A stretch of 64,000 bases of DNA from an uncultured delta proteobacterium (GCA_963727625.1 CAVSHR010000011.1:358894-422893), one strand, 5' to 3'; shown: positions 1 through 9,914, counted from the stretch's first letter. Numbers and translations: made by a program. Notes: generated by a model not told the origin, from the sequence alone.

Positions 1-762
1 AAGGCTCGGGCCCACCCACTTGCCGGCTTTATTACGAAGTTGCGCCCACGGCATTTTATTCTGATGGGCATAGGCCAACTCTACGTAACCGATCGCGCCC
101 GGGATCTGTTTAACCGAGTTGGCGACCCCTTCATTGCCCTTGCCGCCGACGTCGCCGGGCCAATTGACCGAAGTGGCCGAACCAACCTTCTCTTTCCACT
201 CCGAGCTGACCTTGGAAAGGTAGTTCGTAAAGATGAAAGTGGTTCCCGACCCGTCCGAGCGATGCACTACGGCAATCGCCGAGTCCGGCAGCTTGACACC
301 GGGATTGATCGTCTTGATGCGGTTGTCGTTCCAGTTCTTAATTTTCTTCAAATAGATGTCGGCCAGTACTTCCGGCGTTAGCCGGAGCTTGCCGGATTGG
401 ACGCCGGGGAGATTGACGACGATCGCCTCAGCGCCCGCGACGGTGGGCACGTGAAGAACGTTGCCGCCTTTGGACTCGGACTTTTGATTGTCGCTCATGA
501 TGCCATCGGAGCCGCCAAAATCGACGGTTTGCGCCGCCAGTTGGCGGATGCCGCCGCCGGAACCGATCGATTGGTAATTGACTCTTACGCCGCAGGCCTT
601 GTTGTATTCACTGAACATCTTGGCGTAGAGCGGGTAAGGAAACGTAGCGCCCGCGCCTGTAAGCTCTTTGACTCCCTTGGTTGGGCAGCTCGCCAATGCC
701 GGTCCAGCGGTAGCGGAGACCGCCGCAATGACGACCGCCACGGCAAAATTCTTAGCTTTCAT
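1..762 (-). CDS. pstS: Phosphate ABC transporter substrate-binding protein PstS (runs off window start)
   Basis: Absent from the ORF track. Manual minus-strand translation from ATG at 762 (RBS CAGGAGG) gives GAGATFPYPLY, NYQSIGSGGG, VDFGGSD, VVHRSDGSGTT and GGKGNEGV, all hallmark PstS motifs. Confidence 0.95.
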   Translation of the reverse strand, partial: MKAKNFAVAVVIAAVSATAGPALASCPTKGVKELTGAGATFPYPLYAKMFSEYNKACGVRVNYQSIGSGGGIRQLAAQTVDFGGSDGIMSDNQKSESKGGNVLHVPTVAGAEAIVVNLPGVQSGKLRLTPEVLADIYLKKIKNWNDNRIKTINPGVKLPDSAIAVVHRSDGSGTTFIFTNYLSKVSSEWKEKVGSATSVNWPGDVGGKGNEGVANSVKQIPGAIGYVELAYAHQNKMPWAQLRNKAGKWVGPSL

Positions 763-801
763 TTAAATATCCTCCTGTTTTTAATTTGTTAAGCCTCGAT
801 T

Positions 802-839
802 GTTACAGATTGGTTACGAAACCGTTAAGCTTAGGAAAA
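802..839. promoter_or_regulatory. Pho-box-like 11-bp direct repeats upstream of pstS
   Basis: GTTAC at 802, GTTAC at 813, GTTAA at 824: exact 11-bp period. Confidence 0.7.
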
Positions 840-947
840 CACTACACAAGGGCTCCGACAACGCGATCCGGCTTTACTTACTCCGCGTGGAGATCTATGC
901 ATTTGTGTCTTTCGACGACATTGATACGAGGCCGCGGTGAAGCTGTT

Positions 948-1030
948 GTTAACACAGCGTAAAGATTAAGGTTAAGAGGGAAGAGGCGAGCCTGTGTGGG
1001 TCTATGTAGGATCCTTAACCTAAATTTAAT
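948..1030. promoter_or_regulatory. Pho-box-like repeats upstream of the kinase pair
   Basis: GTTAAC 948, GTAAAG 959, GTTAAG 971; and CTTAAC 1014, TTTAAT 1025 (11-bp spacing). Confidence 0.55.
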
Positions 1031-1117
1031 GATCGCGGACGGCTTCCGTGCTGGCCAATTGTAGGCGGTTTTTGCTATGTTTATTTCTCGACTTCATCCC
1101 ATTGGGAACAAGCATTT

Positions 1118-1852
1118 ATGGCAGGCGGAATGAAAACGTACGGCAAGCATCGATTTCCTGGGCGGCTCTTTATCGTCGAGGGGATCGACGGTTCCGGTAA
1201 GAGCACTCAGCTATCGTTGCTTAAGAAATGGCTCGAGGCGGAGGGCTACGTCGTCTATTTCAGCGAGTGGAACTCTTCGCCGTTGGTGCGCGACGTCACC
1301 AAACGCGGCAAAAAGAAAAAGATGCTCACGCCGATAACCTTCAGTTTGATTCATGCCACCGATTTCGCCGATCGCACCGAACACGACATCATCCCGCCGA
1401 TGAAAGCCGGCGCGGTGGTGCTGGCCGACCGGTATGTTTATACCGCCTTTGCGCGCGACGTGGTGCGCGGCGTGAGCCCCCAATGGGTGCGCGACCTTTA
1501 TGCCTTTGCGGTAAAACCGACGGTCGCTTTTTATTTTCGCACGCCCCTCGAGGTTGCGATGAAGCGGATCCTTGGCGGCCGAGATGCGATCAAATATTAT
1601 GAAGCGGGAATGGATCTCGGTCTGAGCGACGACATCGAAGAAAGCTTCAGACTGTTTCAAGCCCGCATCATTGATGAATACGAGAAAATGGTCGGCGAGT
1701 TCGGCCTGGTGCCGATCGACGCGACCCGTTCGATCGAGGATCAACAGGCCGAGGTGCGGCGCATCGTGACCGACGCATTGACCGGGACCAAGAGAACCAG
1801 AGTTAGAAGATGGCTCGATTTAGCTTCTTTGGCGAAGGGCTCCCAGATATAG
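1118..1852 (+). CDS. Thymidylate kinase-like protein 1 (candidate PPK3 catalytic subunit)
   Basis: Intact P-loop EGIDGSGKST and ADRY motif; polyP gene context. Confidence 0.85.
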   Translation: MAGGMKTYGKHRFPGRLFIVEGIDGSGKSTQLSLLKKWLEAEGYVVYFSEWNSSPLVRDVTKRGKKKKMLTPITFSLIHATDFADRTEHDIIPPMKAGAVVLADRYVYTAFARDVVRGVSPQWVRDLYAFAVKPTVAFYFRTPLEVAMKRILGGRDAIKYYEAGMDLGLSDDIEESFRLFQARIIDEYEKMVGEFGLVPIDATRSIEDQQAEVRRIVTDALTGTKRTRVRRWLDLASLAKGSQI

Positions 1853-2505
1853 ATCTGGCCGAGCTCAAGGGCAAGCTCATCGTTTTAGAGGGGACCGACG
1901 GCGTCGGCCGGTCGACCCATATAGGCCTGCTCAAACAGTGGCTGGAAAACCACGGCCACGCCGTGCTCGATACCGGTATGACCCGCTCGGCCCTCGCCGG
2001 CAAGCGACTCAAGCAAGCGAAGGAAGGCCACACGCTTGGCGGCATCACGATGAGCTTGTTCTATGCCACCGATTTTGCTGACCGTTTGGAAAATGAAATC
2101 ATTCCGGCTCTGCGCGCCGGTTTCGTTGTCTTGACCGATCGTTACATTTATTCGCTAATGGCGCGGGCTATCGTGCGTGGCGCCGATCCGGAATGGTTGC
2201 GCGAGGTTTACGGCTTTGCTTTGCGTCCGGATGCGGTTTTTTATCTGCGCGTGAATATCGACGATTTGGTTACGCGAGTGCTGCAAAGCACCGGCTTCGA
2301 TTACTGGGAGTCGGGCATGGATCTGCACATGGGCGATGACATGTACGAGAGCTTCGTGCGTTATCAGACATGTCTGCTGGCGGAATTTGACAAGATGGTC
2401 GAAACCCACGGTTTTGAGATCGTCGACGCCTCGGGCAGCATCGAAGAGGTGTTTGAAGACCTGCGCGAGCGCGTTGACCGGGTGGTGGCGAGAAATGGCT
2501 ACTGA
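1810..2505 (+). CDS. Thymidylate kinase-like protein 2 with degenerate P-loop (candidate PPK3 regulatory subunit)
   Basis: EGTDGVGRST (K to R) and TDRY; paralog of the upstream gene, overlapping it by 43 bp. Confidence 0.85.
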   Translation: MARFSFFGEGLPDIDLAELKGKLIVLEGTDGVGRSTHIGLLKQWLENHGHAVLDTGMTRSALAGKRLKQAKEGHTLGGITMSLFYATDFADRLENEIIPALRAGFVVLTDRYIYSLMARAIVRGADPEWLREVYGFALRPDAVFYLRVNIDDLVTRVLQSTGFDYWESGMDLHMGDDMYESFVRYQTCLLAEFDKMVETHGFEIVDASGSIEEVFEDLRERVDRVVARNGY

Positions 2506-3389
2506 TCCGTCTTTGCTTCAGCCTCTGATGCCGCCGCTTTGATCTCGTTCCACCGCTGGGCGAGTTTTTCCGCCCTATCCAATGCCTCGATCACCAGGGC
2601 TTGGTCGCGTTGCTTGTCCCGTTCCATTTCGAGCAGTAACGAGCGGCACATGCCGGGCTCTCGTGCCAAAAAACCCGGACGCCCGATGAATTTGGCGACT
2701 TGCTGTTGCAATATTCTTCGGTCATGCCAATCGCCGAGCTCGTTTTGAAGCAGCTTTAGACCCTGCAACAACGGCTTCGTCGATGAGTCGGCGAGCTCGG
2801 CGAGGGACTCGACCCGATAGCGCAGCCGTTTGCCGGCAATGCGAAAGCAGTGAATATTTTCGATTTGCGGATCAGCCTTGGCCGCGGCGAGCGCTTCGTT
2901 CCAGGCGCCAAGAGCGTCGCCGGCGCGCTGCCAAAGCAGTGCCACGTCTTCGGGCTGTTCGCCGATAGCGTCGATACAGGTCTGGGCGCGCGAAATGAAA
3001 TCTATCAACTCGTAATGTTTTAGTTCTGTGCGCGCATCGGCAATTGCTTTGGCCCGATCTTCATCAAGCCATCGCTTCACGGCTTCCCAGGCTCGGCGCA
3101 GCGCCGCGGCATTGACCGCGTCGCGCCGTTTTTCAATCAGCGCGATGCTTACATCGAGATTGCGGCAGGGGCCGAGGGCGCGCCGCGTTTGTTTCAAGAT
3201 CCGGTTCAGCTTTCGCGCCTTCGACAGCTTTGACTTCGGCAGAAAGGCGCGCACGGTTTGTTGCAGCCGGCGGCTGGCGACGCGCACATCATGGATCGTA
3301 TCCGGGGCGTCGTTCAGCAGAGCTTTGGCAAAGAGCGTTACGAACCGCTCCAGCCGCTTACGAGCCAATTTAGGCAACTTGTTTTTCAT
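2499..3389 (-). CDS. CHAD domain polyphosphate-binding protein
   Basis: IHDVRVASRRL, IHCFRIAGKRLRY and LQNELGDWHD motifs. Confidence 0.92.
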   Translation of the reverse strand: MKNKLPKLARKRLERFVTLFAKALLNDAPDTIHDVRVASRRLQQTVRAFLPKSKLSKARKLNRILKQTRRALGPCRNLDVSIALIEKRRDAVNAAALRRAWEAVKRWLDEDRAKAIADARTELKHYELIDFISRAQTCIDAIGEQPEDVALLWQRAGDALGAWNEALAAAKADPQIENIHCFRIAGKRLRYRVESLAELADSSTKPLLQGLKLLQNELGDWHDRRILQQQVAKFIGRPGFLAREPGMCRSLLLEMERDKQRDQALVIEALDRAEKLAQRWNEIKAAASEAEAKTDQ

Positions 3390-3451
3390 ATCGACAGCGT
3401 CAGTCGATTCTGCGACCCGGCGCGCAGGAGAATTTTCCCCTTGTTACTCCA

Positions 3452-3958
3452 TCATGCGAGCGCTCTCAGTTGTTTGGGGGTGAGCAAAAAGTGCAGCGCC
3501 CCGGGCGCCCCGCTTTCCAGAGATTCTATCTCTACATGGCACAACGAACCTTTCTTAAATATCAGTGTCAGGTGTTCGGGTTGCTTTGACCCGAGCAAAA
3601 ATGCCGCGGCGCCGCTCAAGAGCGGTTCGTGGCCCACGAGCAGAAGGTTTTGGCGATTCTGGTAGCGCGTCAGGCCGAACATTAAACGTTCCACTGTGCT
3701 CTCGGGAGCGAGTCCGGAAATCGCTTCGAGCAATGCTTCAATACCGAGGGTATTGGCGACGATCTCTGCAGTCTGGCGCGCGCGCAATAACGGACTGGTC
3801 AATACGGTGTCGAACGGGACGGCGAGCCGCAACAGACCTTTCGCGGCTTTGCGCATGCGTTTGACTCCCTTGTTGGTGAGCGGGCGCTCGGAATCGTGGC
3901 TGACCGACGGATCGTCTTGCGCCAGAGCGATGCCATGTCTCATCAGGTAAAGGTTCAT
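3452..3958 (-). CDS. sixA: Phosphohistidine phosphatase SixA
   Basis: LYLMRHGIA, SPLLRARQTA and LLVGHEP motifs. Confidence 0.93.
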   Translation of the reverse strand: MNLYLMRHGIALAQDDPSVSHDSERPLTNKGVKRMRKAAKGLLRLAVPFDTVLTSPLLRARQTAEIVANTLGIEALLEAISGLAPESTVERLMFGLTRYQNRQNLLLVGHEPLLSGAAAFLLGSKQPEHLTLIFKKGSLCHVEIESLESGAPGALHFLLTPKQLRALA

Positions 3959-3991
3959 TGTTCTACCGTCGACACCTTTTGCGGCTCCGGA

Positions 3992-4238
3992 TCACGCCAC
4001 ATTGCGCCAGTAATCCAAAAACAGCGCGAACACCCGGGTGTCGATTTCGTCTCGCTCGTTGCGCAGCGACGCAAAGTCCGGCGCGCCGGGTTTTGCTGTC
4101 TTGAATGGCTCGCCGATGGGCCAATTCTCGTTCCTGGCGCGGCGCCAGATGCTTGGCCGTCGCTTCCGTGATCTGGCTCAGGCAGGCATTGTCGTCACAA
4201 AGAAATAAGATGTTTCTGTCGCGAATTTCGCGGCGCAT
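3992..4238 (-). pseudogene. LMW-PTP/ArsC-like protein with internal deletion and frameshift
   Basis: N-terminus ILFLCDDNACLSQ; C-terminus in another frame WPIGEP..LRNERDEIDTRVFALF*; the middle is missing. Confidence 0.7.
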
Positions 4239-4253
4239 AAATCCTCCTAAAGT

Positions 4254-5801
4254 TTAGCGAGATCGCACTGTTTTGGCTTTCTTAAACTCAAGCTCCCGAT
4301 TAAAGACCTCTCGAATGAGCTTGCCCTTTTTACTCGCCCAGCTGATTTCATCGTTTACGTTTGCCGGAGATGCGATGGCGAGCGTCAGGCCTTTTGATTT
4401 ATAAAGGGTGCAGCTTACGGACTCGACGCGCTGTTCGCGGCGGAAATCGAGAGCGTCGGCGACGCGCAGCAGCGAACTGAGCTTGCGCACGACATCCTGG
4501 TTGGCGGGGGAGAGCTGGCTGAATCCCAAATGTTTTTGGCTGGGATGGGCTTTGCGGTGATAACGCGCGATATTGGCGACCAGTTCGAGGTCGAGCTTGC
4601 TAAAGGATTTCATGCCCGAGCTCTTGATCAGATAGTACGAGTGCTTGTGGTGCTTGGCATCGGCGATGAACAGGCCGATATCGTGCAACATCGCGCTCGC
4701 GTGCAAGATGCCGGCGTATCTTTCCGGCAACTTGTGCAGCCCTTGGAGTTGATAAAACAAATTGACGGCAAGTTGGCTGACATGCCGGCAGTGAGCCGCG
4801 TCGTAAAAATATTTCTGGCAAACCTGATCGAGTGATTCGGCCCGGTCGGCATCCGGGTGCCACGCGCCGGATCCCGCGTAGGAGCGCTGGAGCAAATCGA
4901 TCATCAAGCCGTCGCGCAGGCCGCGCCGCGACACGAAAAGGTATTCGAGCTCGATGGCCGCCATCACCTCGTGCAAAACGATGCCGCCCGCGACGATGAT
5001 ATCGGCGCGCTTCGGATCACCGCTGATCATTTCCGCGCGCTCCCGGGTCGACCGGGTCATCAGCAGATCGAGGAGTGCTTTCAAGCGCTGTCGCCGCAGG
5101 ACGATCAATGACCCTGATTTGTTTTCGCCGCCGGCTCTGGTGTCGGTTTCGGCGAGGGCTGTGATTGTACCGCCGCTGCCGAACGCCATGGTGAATTTTT
5201 CTTTTTGAATGCGTCGGGTCACGGATTGAAGCTGATCTCTAACATGCTGTCGTAAGCTTTTGATATCTTTAGAATGCGCTGGGTCAGCCGTAAAGAATCC
5301 TTCGGTCAAGCGAACCGCGCCCAAAGGCAGGCTGAACAGACAGAAAGTATTGGTGGCATCGGCGACCGTCAATTCGACGCTGCCGCCGCCGATATCGAGA
5401 AACAAACCGAGCGGTAAATGAAAGCGTAATCCGCTCATGATGCCGAGGCTGATCAGCCGAGCTTCATTCTCCTCGGACAAAACCTCCAGCGAAACGCCCG
5501 CGGCCTTGGCGCGGTTGATAAATTTGCGGCTATCGGAGGCCTCGCGCAGCGCGCTGGTGCCCGCCGCCCGAATCGCTTTAACGCGGAAGCGGTCGGCGGC
5601 GCTCTTGAAATCTTTCAGCACCTGAAGTGCCGCGTCGACCGACCGGGGATCGAGCTTGCCGGTCTGAAAAACCTCCCGCCCGAGCCGAACCGGCCGGCGG
5701 TCCTGCTCGACGATGCGATAGTGTTTTGGGTGATCGACGGCGGCGATCTGCCAGCGTATGGCATTGCTGCCGACGTCAATGACTGCGAAATGTTCCGACA
5801 T
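4254..5801 (-). CDS. ppx: Exopolyphosphatase Ppx/GppA with HD domain
   Basis: VIDVGSNAIR, GTSALREA, DIGGGSVE, GLRDG and LHDIG motifs. Confidence 0.93.
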   Translation of the reverse strand: MSEHFAVIDVGSNAIRWQIAAVDHPKHYRIVEQDRRPVRLGREVFQTGKLDPRSVDAALQVLKDFKSAADRFRVKAIRAAGTSALREASDSRKFINRAKAAGVSLEVLSEENEARLISLGIMSGLRFHLPLGLFLDIGGGSVELTVADATNTFCLFSLPLGAVRLTEGFFTADPAHSKDIKSLRQHVRDQLQSVTRRIQKEKFTMAFGSGGTITALAETDTRAGGENKSGSLIVLRRQRLKALLDLLMTRSTRERAEMISGDPKRADIIVAGGIVLHEVMAAIELEYLFVSRRGLRDGLMIDLLQRSYAGSGAWHPDADRAESLDQVCQKYFYDAAHCRHVSQLAVNLFYQLQGLHKLPERYAGILHASAMLHDIGLFIADAKHHKHSYYLIKSSGMKSFSKLDLELVANIARYHRKAHPSQKHLGFSQLSPANQDVVRKLSSLLRVADALDFRREQRVESVSCTLYKSKGLTLAIASPANVNDEISWASKKGKLIREVFNRELEFKKAKTVRSR

Positions 5802-5848
5802 CAGTGGGTTCTCATATCATAAACGCCTAGGAGCTTGGCGTGTTGATC

Positions 5849-5887
5849 GTTACGATTCAATTAAATATCGGTGAAGTTTTTGTTAAT
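5849..5887. promoter_or_regulatory. Pho-box-like repeats upstream of the ppx operon
   Basis: GTTAC 5849, ATTAA 5860, GTGAA 5871, GTTAA 5882: 11-bp period. Confidence 0.65.
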
Positions 5888-6243
5888 GCCTCTCATCGAT
5901 CCAAAATGCCAAATCAGATTCCATTATAGTTTTGGGTATTTTTGATCACTCACTAAAGCGTCTTAATCATTTTAGTAAATCACTTCTTGCCATCGCAGAA
6001 AAGCCGTAAGAGCCACTTCCTGCCCATTCCGCTCGACCGCTTATAGCCGCCGCTTTGCTTTGGGTAGCCTGCGATAAAGTTTCATTCCACTTCAGCCAGC
6101 AAGGTTAGAAGCTTAAGTCCTGTTTCAAAAGAGTGAGACTCTTTACGCATAATTTATCGATTCGTCACTAAAGCGTAATCCCGCAGGTTTATTCATACTG
6201 GGTGCGGTTAAACTATGAGAAAAAATGTATTTGTATTGGCAAC

Positions 6244-6653
6244 ATGGTCCGACTATTGACGCTCGTTTTGTTTGCCTGGAGCGCGGCTCGGGCATTCGCA
6301 AGCGACGTCGATCAGCGCATCCAAGATCTTGAGGAGCGGGTCGGGCAATTGAAGCCACTAGAAATCGAGATCGAGCAACTAAAGGCCGAGCAAATCGAAA
6401 TAAAAAAAGAAGCGACCGCCGCGGCGACCGGATTCTGCTGCGCGAGTAGGATCTATTTTATTTCATCGCGCCGCGCATGAGCGTGGGCATACATGTGTTA
6501 TGGTGCGACGCATCCAACCTGCGCAACGACCGCAACCAAGCTGCCCATAACTGAGGGATTTGTAAATCGAGCGAAATCGGCACAAGTAACTGCCCGTCGG
6601 GCATCGGTGGGGATTGGATAGACGTGATCTTGAACTTCAGATATCAATTCTGA
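6244..6653 (+). pseudogene. Outer-membrane porin remnant (possibly phosphate-selective) with large internal deletion
   Basis: Signal peptide plus coiled coil (EQIEIKKEATAAA), then fragments VLWCDASNL and GGDWIDVILNFRYQF* (terminal Phe of a beta-barrel). Confidence 0.6.
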
Positions 6654-6673
6654 GCTACTTCCGGGCCGCATGT

Positions 6674-6706
6674 AAAAAAAGGGAGCCATCGCTGGCTCCC
6701 TTTTTT
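6674..6706. terminator. Bidirectional rho-independent terminator
   Basis: A7-GGGAGCCA-TCGC-TGGCTCCC-T6. Confidence 0.85.
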
Positions 6707-7003
6707 GCCCGGCAGTCGCGCACAGAGAAAACGGCAAGAACCGCAGCTACACGCAATTATGATTGCTTGTGCTCGCGCCTTCTCCCGTCGGTGTCGAGTC
6801 GATCACACGAGATGGAACTCTAGCGGATCGGTTGGTTCGGTTTAAACATGCGATAGAGCTTGCCCCCGGGAGCGGGGGCGGATTCCGGGCTTGTCGAATC
6901 CGAATCGTCTTCCACGGGCAGCTTGGCGAGCAGTTCGACGACTTCCGCGACTGCTTTCTCTATGCGTGCGAGCTCGGCGAATAAGGTAGTGTAATCTTTC
7001 CCT

Positions 7004-7041
7004 GTTAGGCCGGAGTGACGGTTCGGTGATGTCTCTGTGAA
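7004..7041. promoter_or_regulatory. Pho-box-like 11-bp repeats
   Basis: GTTAG 7004, GTGAC 7015, GTGAT 7026, GTGAA 7037. Confidence 0.45.
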
Positions 7042-7052
7042 GCTCGGTGATT

Positions 7053-7589
7053 TTATGCCGCGCTTTCAACCACACAAGGAACCGGACGGTGGTCGGGTAT
7101 GGGGAGCAGCAGATCGCATTTCAAGCGTAGGCGCGTCGATTCCATACAGAAGACCATCTTGAGCTTGGGCGCGTCGATGGCGCGGAAGATTCCCAAGCGA
7201 GCATTCGAAGCGGTCACGCCGACCCATTCTTCGCCGCGGTAGCCCACCTCAGTGAAGAGATCTTCGATCAGCGGCTCGGTTACTTTCAAGCCTCTTCCCG
7301 ATATTCTCAGCTGAATCCAGTACGACGGCTAAATGCCGACAAAGGCGGTCAGATCTTTGAGCAACGAGCGGCGCGGCAGCGAGATTTCTACGGCCGCGCA
7401 GGCGTCGCTCGTCAGCAACGATTCATAGAAAAAAAATTGTAGAAACTGTTTTAATGCCGAGCCCTTCCACGGTACCTGCGTGAGCACCGGCGAGAGCGTG
7501 ACAAGCACCGGGGGCTTTTCGCCGATGCGGTTGCGGCTGGCTTTCGTGATCGCTTGCTCGATGACCGAGCCGAGATTGATCTGCTCCAT
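7053..7589 (-). pseudogene. Hypothetical protein (degenerate HATPase_c-like) split by an in-frame TAG at 7329-7331
   Basis: ORFs 7329-7589 and 7053-7289 share a frame and read through as ..FVGI*PSYWIQLRISGRGLKV..; RBS AGGAGG. Confidence 0.6.
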
Positions 7590-7633
7590 CGATTCCTCCT
7601 ATTAATTGTTTGACTGGATTCTGGCGGGACAAG

Positions 7634-7671
7634 GTTAAACGGGAATAAACGGCGTGTTAACTTTGTGTGAC
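7634..7671. promoter_or_regulatory. Pho-box-like 11-bp repeats
   Basis: GTTAA 7634, ATAAA 7645, GTTAA 7656, GTGAC 7667. Confidence 0.6.
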
Positions 7672-7847
7672 CCCGCGGAAAACTCGATTTCTCTGGTGAA
7701 ATAGAAGCTTGGGTCATGCTCAAGCTGTTCGCCGGCGCCTTTCTTGGTCACGAGATTTTTGGGTCGACGCAAGGAGCGAGCAGAACCGAACTCGGGGATT
7801 ACCGCCGGGGTTCGGTTCTGCCGCGGCGTAACCACATCGAGACTTAC

Positions 7848-8652
7848 TTAGTCGTCATCTTCAACGTTGCGGGACGCTTCGATAGTCGGGTCGACATACC
7901 TCGCAAGCAACTGACCGCGCTCGACAAAACATTTTCGAAGGCGCCCTTGCCCCAATAGGCCAATTGCCAGGATTCGCCCTTATGGGGACCGCTAGCGACA
8001 TGCGCAAACGCCCGGCCTGCATCGTTCTCTTCCCGTTCAAAAAAATTCGATCCGACGTTCCCACGACGGTTTTCCCCTTGCGATAGCCAAGGGCGCTGAC
8101 CGCCGGTAGATCGGCCGAACAGAAACGTTGCCAGGCTGTTGTGCCGGGGACGTAAGAAGAGGTTGCAACGTTCCAGTTGTAAACTTTGACCGGCGAATCG
8201 GTGAGATCTTGTCCGTTGATGACTTCGAGGGTGCGCCGGTCGATCGTCCATTGTGAAACAAACGCACCTTTGGAGCCATGCTCTCGGACGGTGCCGACTA
8301 TGGAGCCCAATTCATGGTTCATGAGCAGGGTGAACTGATGGGCGGCGTCGGATTTTCCTTTGTTTCCTTCCGACCCATCTTTACGTCCCTTTTCCAGCTC
8401 GATGTTTCTAAAGGCGCCCAACCCGTCCGGAATGCCGACCATTTTGTAGCCGTTTCCCGATGCCAGGTCTTTGACCGTCAGGATCGATACCGTTTTGACG
8501 TCGACCATCGACGGCAAAAGATACGGCTCCACCGTAGTGTTCGTACCGATATTCTGTGCCGGCACCGGATTGGCGGTCAAACCCAAAGCGGCGGCACTCA
8601 AAATCGAGCGCGCGATAATCCGCCGGCTCCGATCATAAATTTTATTGTACAT
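7848..8652 (-). pseudogene. Secreted PhoX/DUF839-like alkaline phosphatase remnant (frameshift plus internal deletion)
   Basis: Signal peptide, GIPDGLGA, MNHEL, FCSADL, frameshifted NGEE, FENV, then directly the C-terminal VERGQLL..*. Confidence 0.7.
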
Positions 8653-8706
8653 AGAAAACCCCCCGGTAAATTTTTGTCTTTCGACACGGTCAAACTAGAA
8701 CGCGAA

Positions 8707-8746
8707 GTTAACGGCCCCGTGACGGTTGGGCGAAGAATTCGTTAAG
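8707..8746. promoter_or_regulatory. Pho-box-like repeats upstream of the PhoX-like gene
   Basis: GTTAA 8707, GTGAC 8719, GCGAA 8730, GTTAA 8741. Confidence 0.5.
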
Positions 8747-8837
8747 TAAGGACCGGAAAGCGACGGGAAAACTCAAATCCGATCAGCGGGTGGCCGAAGG
8801 GTAATGAACACGAGCAACGATCGAAGGCACCGGGGAC

Positions 8838-8872
8838 TTGACTACGCTATTATTTCGATGATACTGGAAATA
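8838..8872 (+). promoter_or_regulatory. ars promoter with ArsR operator
   Basis: TTGACT (8838) and GATACT (8860); imperfect palindrome TATTTCGA-N6-TGGAAATA at 8851-8872 abutting the ATG. Confidence 0.6.
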
Positions 8873-9255
8873 TGGAAATAAAGACGGCGGTGATGGCTCT
8901 GGCCGCTCTGGCCCAGGAAACGCGACTGTCGATTTTTCGTCTGCTTGTCGAGGCGGGGCGAGACGGCGAATCGGTCGGGCGCATCGGTGAGCGTTTGAAG
9001 GTCCCGGGCGCAACTCTGTCATTCCACTTAAAGGAACTCGCTCGCGCCGGCTTGGTGTCCGCACGACAAGAGAGGCAATTTATCTATTACGCGGTAGACT
9101 TCGGACGCATGGCAGAGCTCATGACTTATCTCACGCAGAATTGCTGCCAGGGGATGCCGAAGGAATGTCTCACAGTTGTCGAGACGGCACTGGGACGCTG
9201 CTGTCCGCGTCCAATTATTACCGTTAAGCGCAAAGTAAAAGGGGCTCGCTCGTGA
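8872..9255 (+). CDS. arsR: ArsR transcriptional repressor (C-terminal CC type)
   Basis: ALAQETRL, TLSFHLKEL and NCC motifs; first gene of the ars operon. Confidence 0.92.
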   Translation: MEIKTAVMALAALAQETRLSIFRLLVEAGRDGESVGRIGERLKVPGATLSFHLKELARAGLVSARQERQFIYYAVDFGRMAELMTYLTQNCCQGMPKECLTVVETALGRCCPRPIITVKRKVKGARS

Positions 9256-9314
9256 AGGGCGTTGACGGACGTCATTTCCTTATCGGCACCGGTGGGGCCT
9301 CGAAGGAGCGTTGA

Positions 9315-9812
9315 ATGGAACTTGAATCTTTCAATGTTCTATTTCTCTGCACCGGCAATTCCGCGCGCAGCATCATGGCCGAGGCAATCCTCACCGCGCT
9401 TGGAAAAAATAAGTTCAACGCTTTCAGCGCCGGAAGCCGTCCGACCGGGCGCGTGAATCCTCTTGCGCTGGAGCTCCTTGAAAAGAATCGGTTTCCCACC
9501 GGAAGGCTGCGCGGCAAAGACTGGAAGGAATTCTCCGGGCCCGGCGCGCCGTTCATGCATTTTGTCTTTACGGTATGTGACCAGGCAGCGGCTGAACCTT
9601 GCCCGGTATGGCCGGGACAACCGATGACCGCACATTGGGGTGTTGCCGATCCGGCGGCGGCCCAGGGCGCCGAAGAGATCAAACGAAAGGCTTTTCTAAA
9701 GGCCTACACGGATCTTCATCGGCGCATATCGTTGTTTGTCAGCCTGCCGTTCGACAAACTTACCGCTCTCGCCCTCAAAGAAAAACTTGACGAAATCGGG
9801 CGCGCGCAATGA
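9315..9812 (+). CDS. arsC: Arsenate reductase ArsC (LMW-PTP fold)
   Basis: FLCTGNSARS, TVCD, CPVWPG and HWGVADP motifs. Confidence 0.93.
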   Translation: MELESFNVLFLCTGNSARSIMAEAILTALGKNKFNAFSAGSRPTGRVNPLALELLEKNRFPTGRLRGKDWKEFSGPGAPFMHFVFTVCDQAAAEPCPVWPGQPMTAHWGVADPAAAQGAEEIKRKAFLKAYTDLHRRISLFVSLPFDKLTALALKEKLDEIGRAQ

Positions 9813-9914
9813 TTTTGGATAGAGTGTTCGCAGCGCCAGTTTTGCCGACCCTGGTTCGGGCCTTCGCGAAGGAAAACCGTGAAGTGGACGCAAGATTATC
9901 TTAAGTAGGATTTC

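Noticed and set aside
40-792. Plus-strand ORFs 40-381 and 397-792
   Set aside because: They are antisense shadows of pstS.
1118-2505. Housekeeping tmk annotation
   Set aside because: Tandem paralogs, a degenerate P-loop in one, and the polyP context argue against it, so no gene symbol was assigned.
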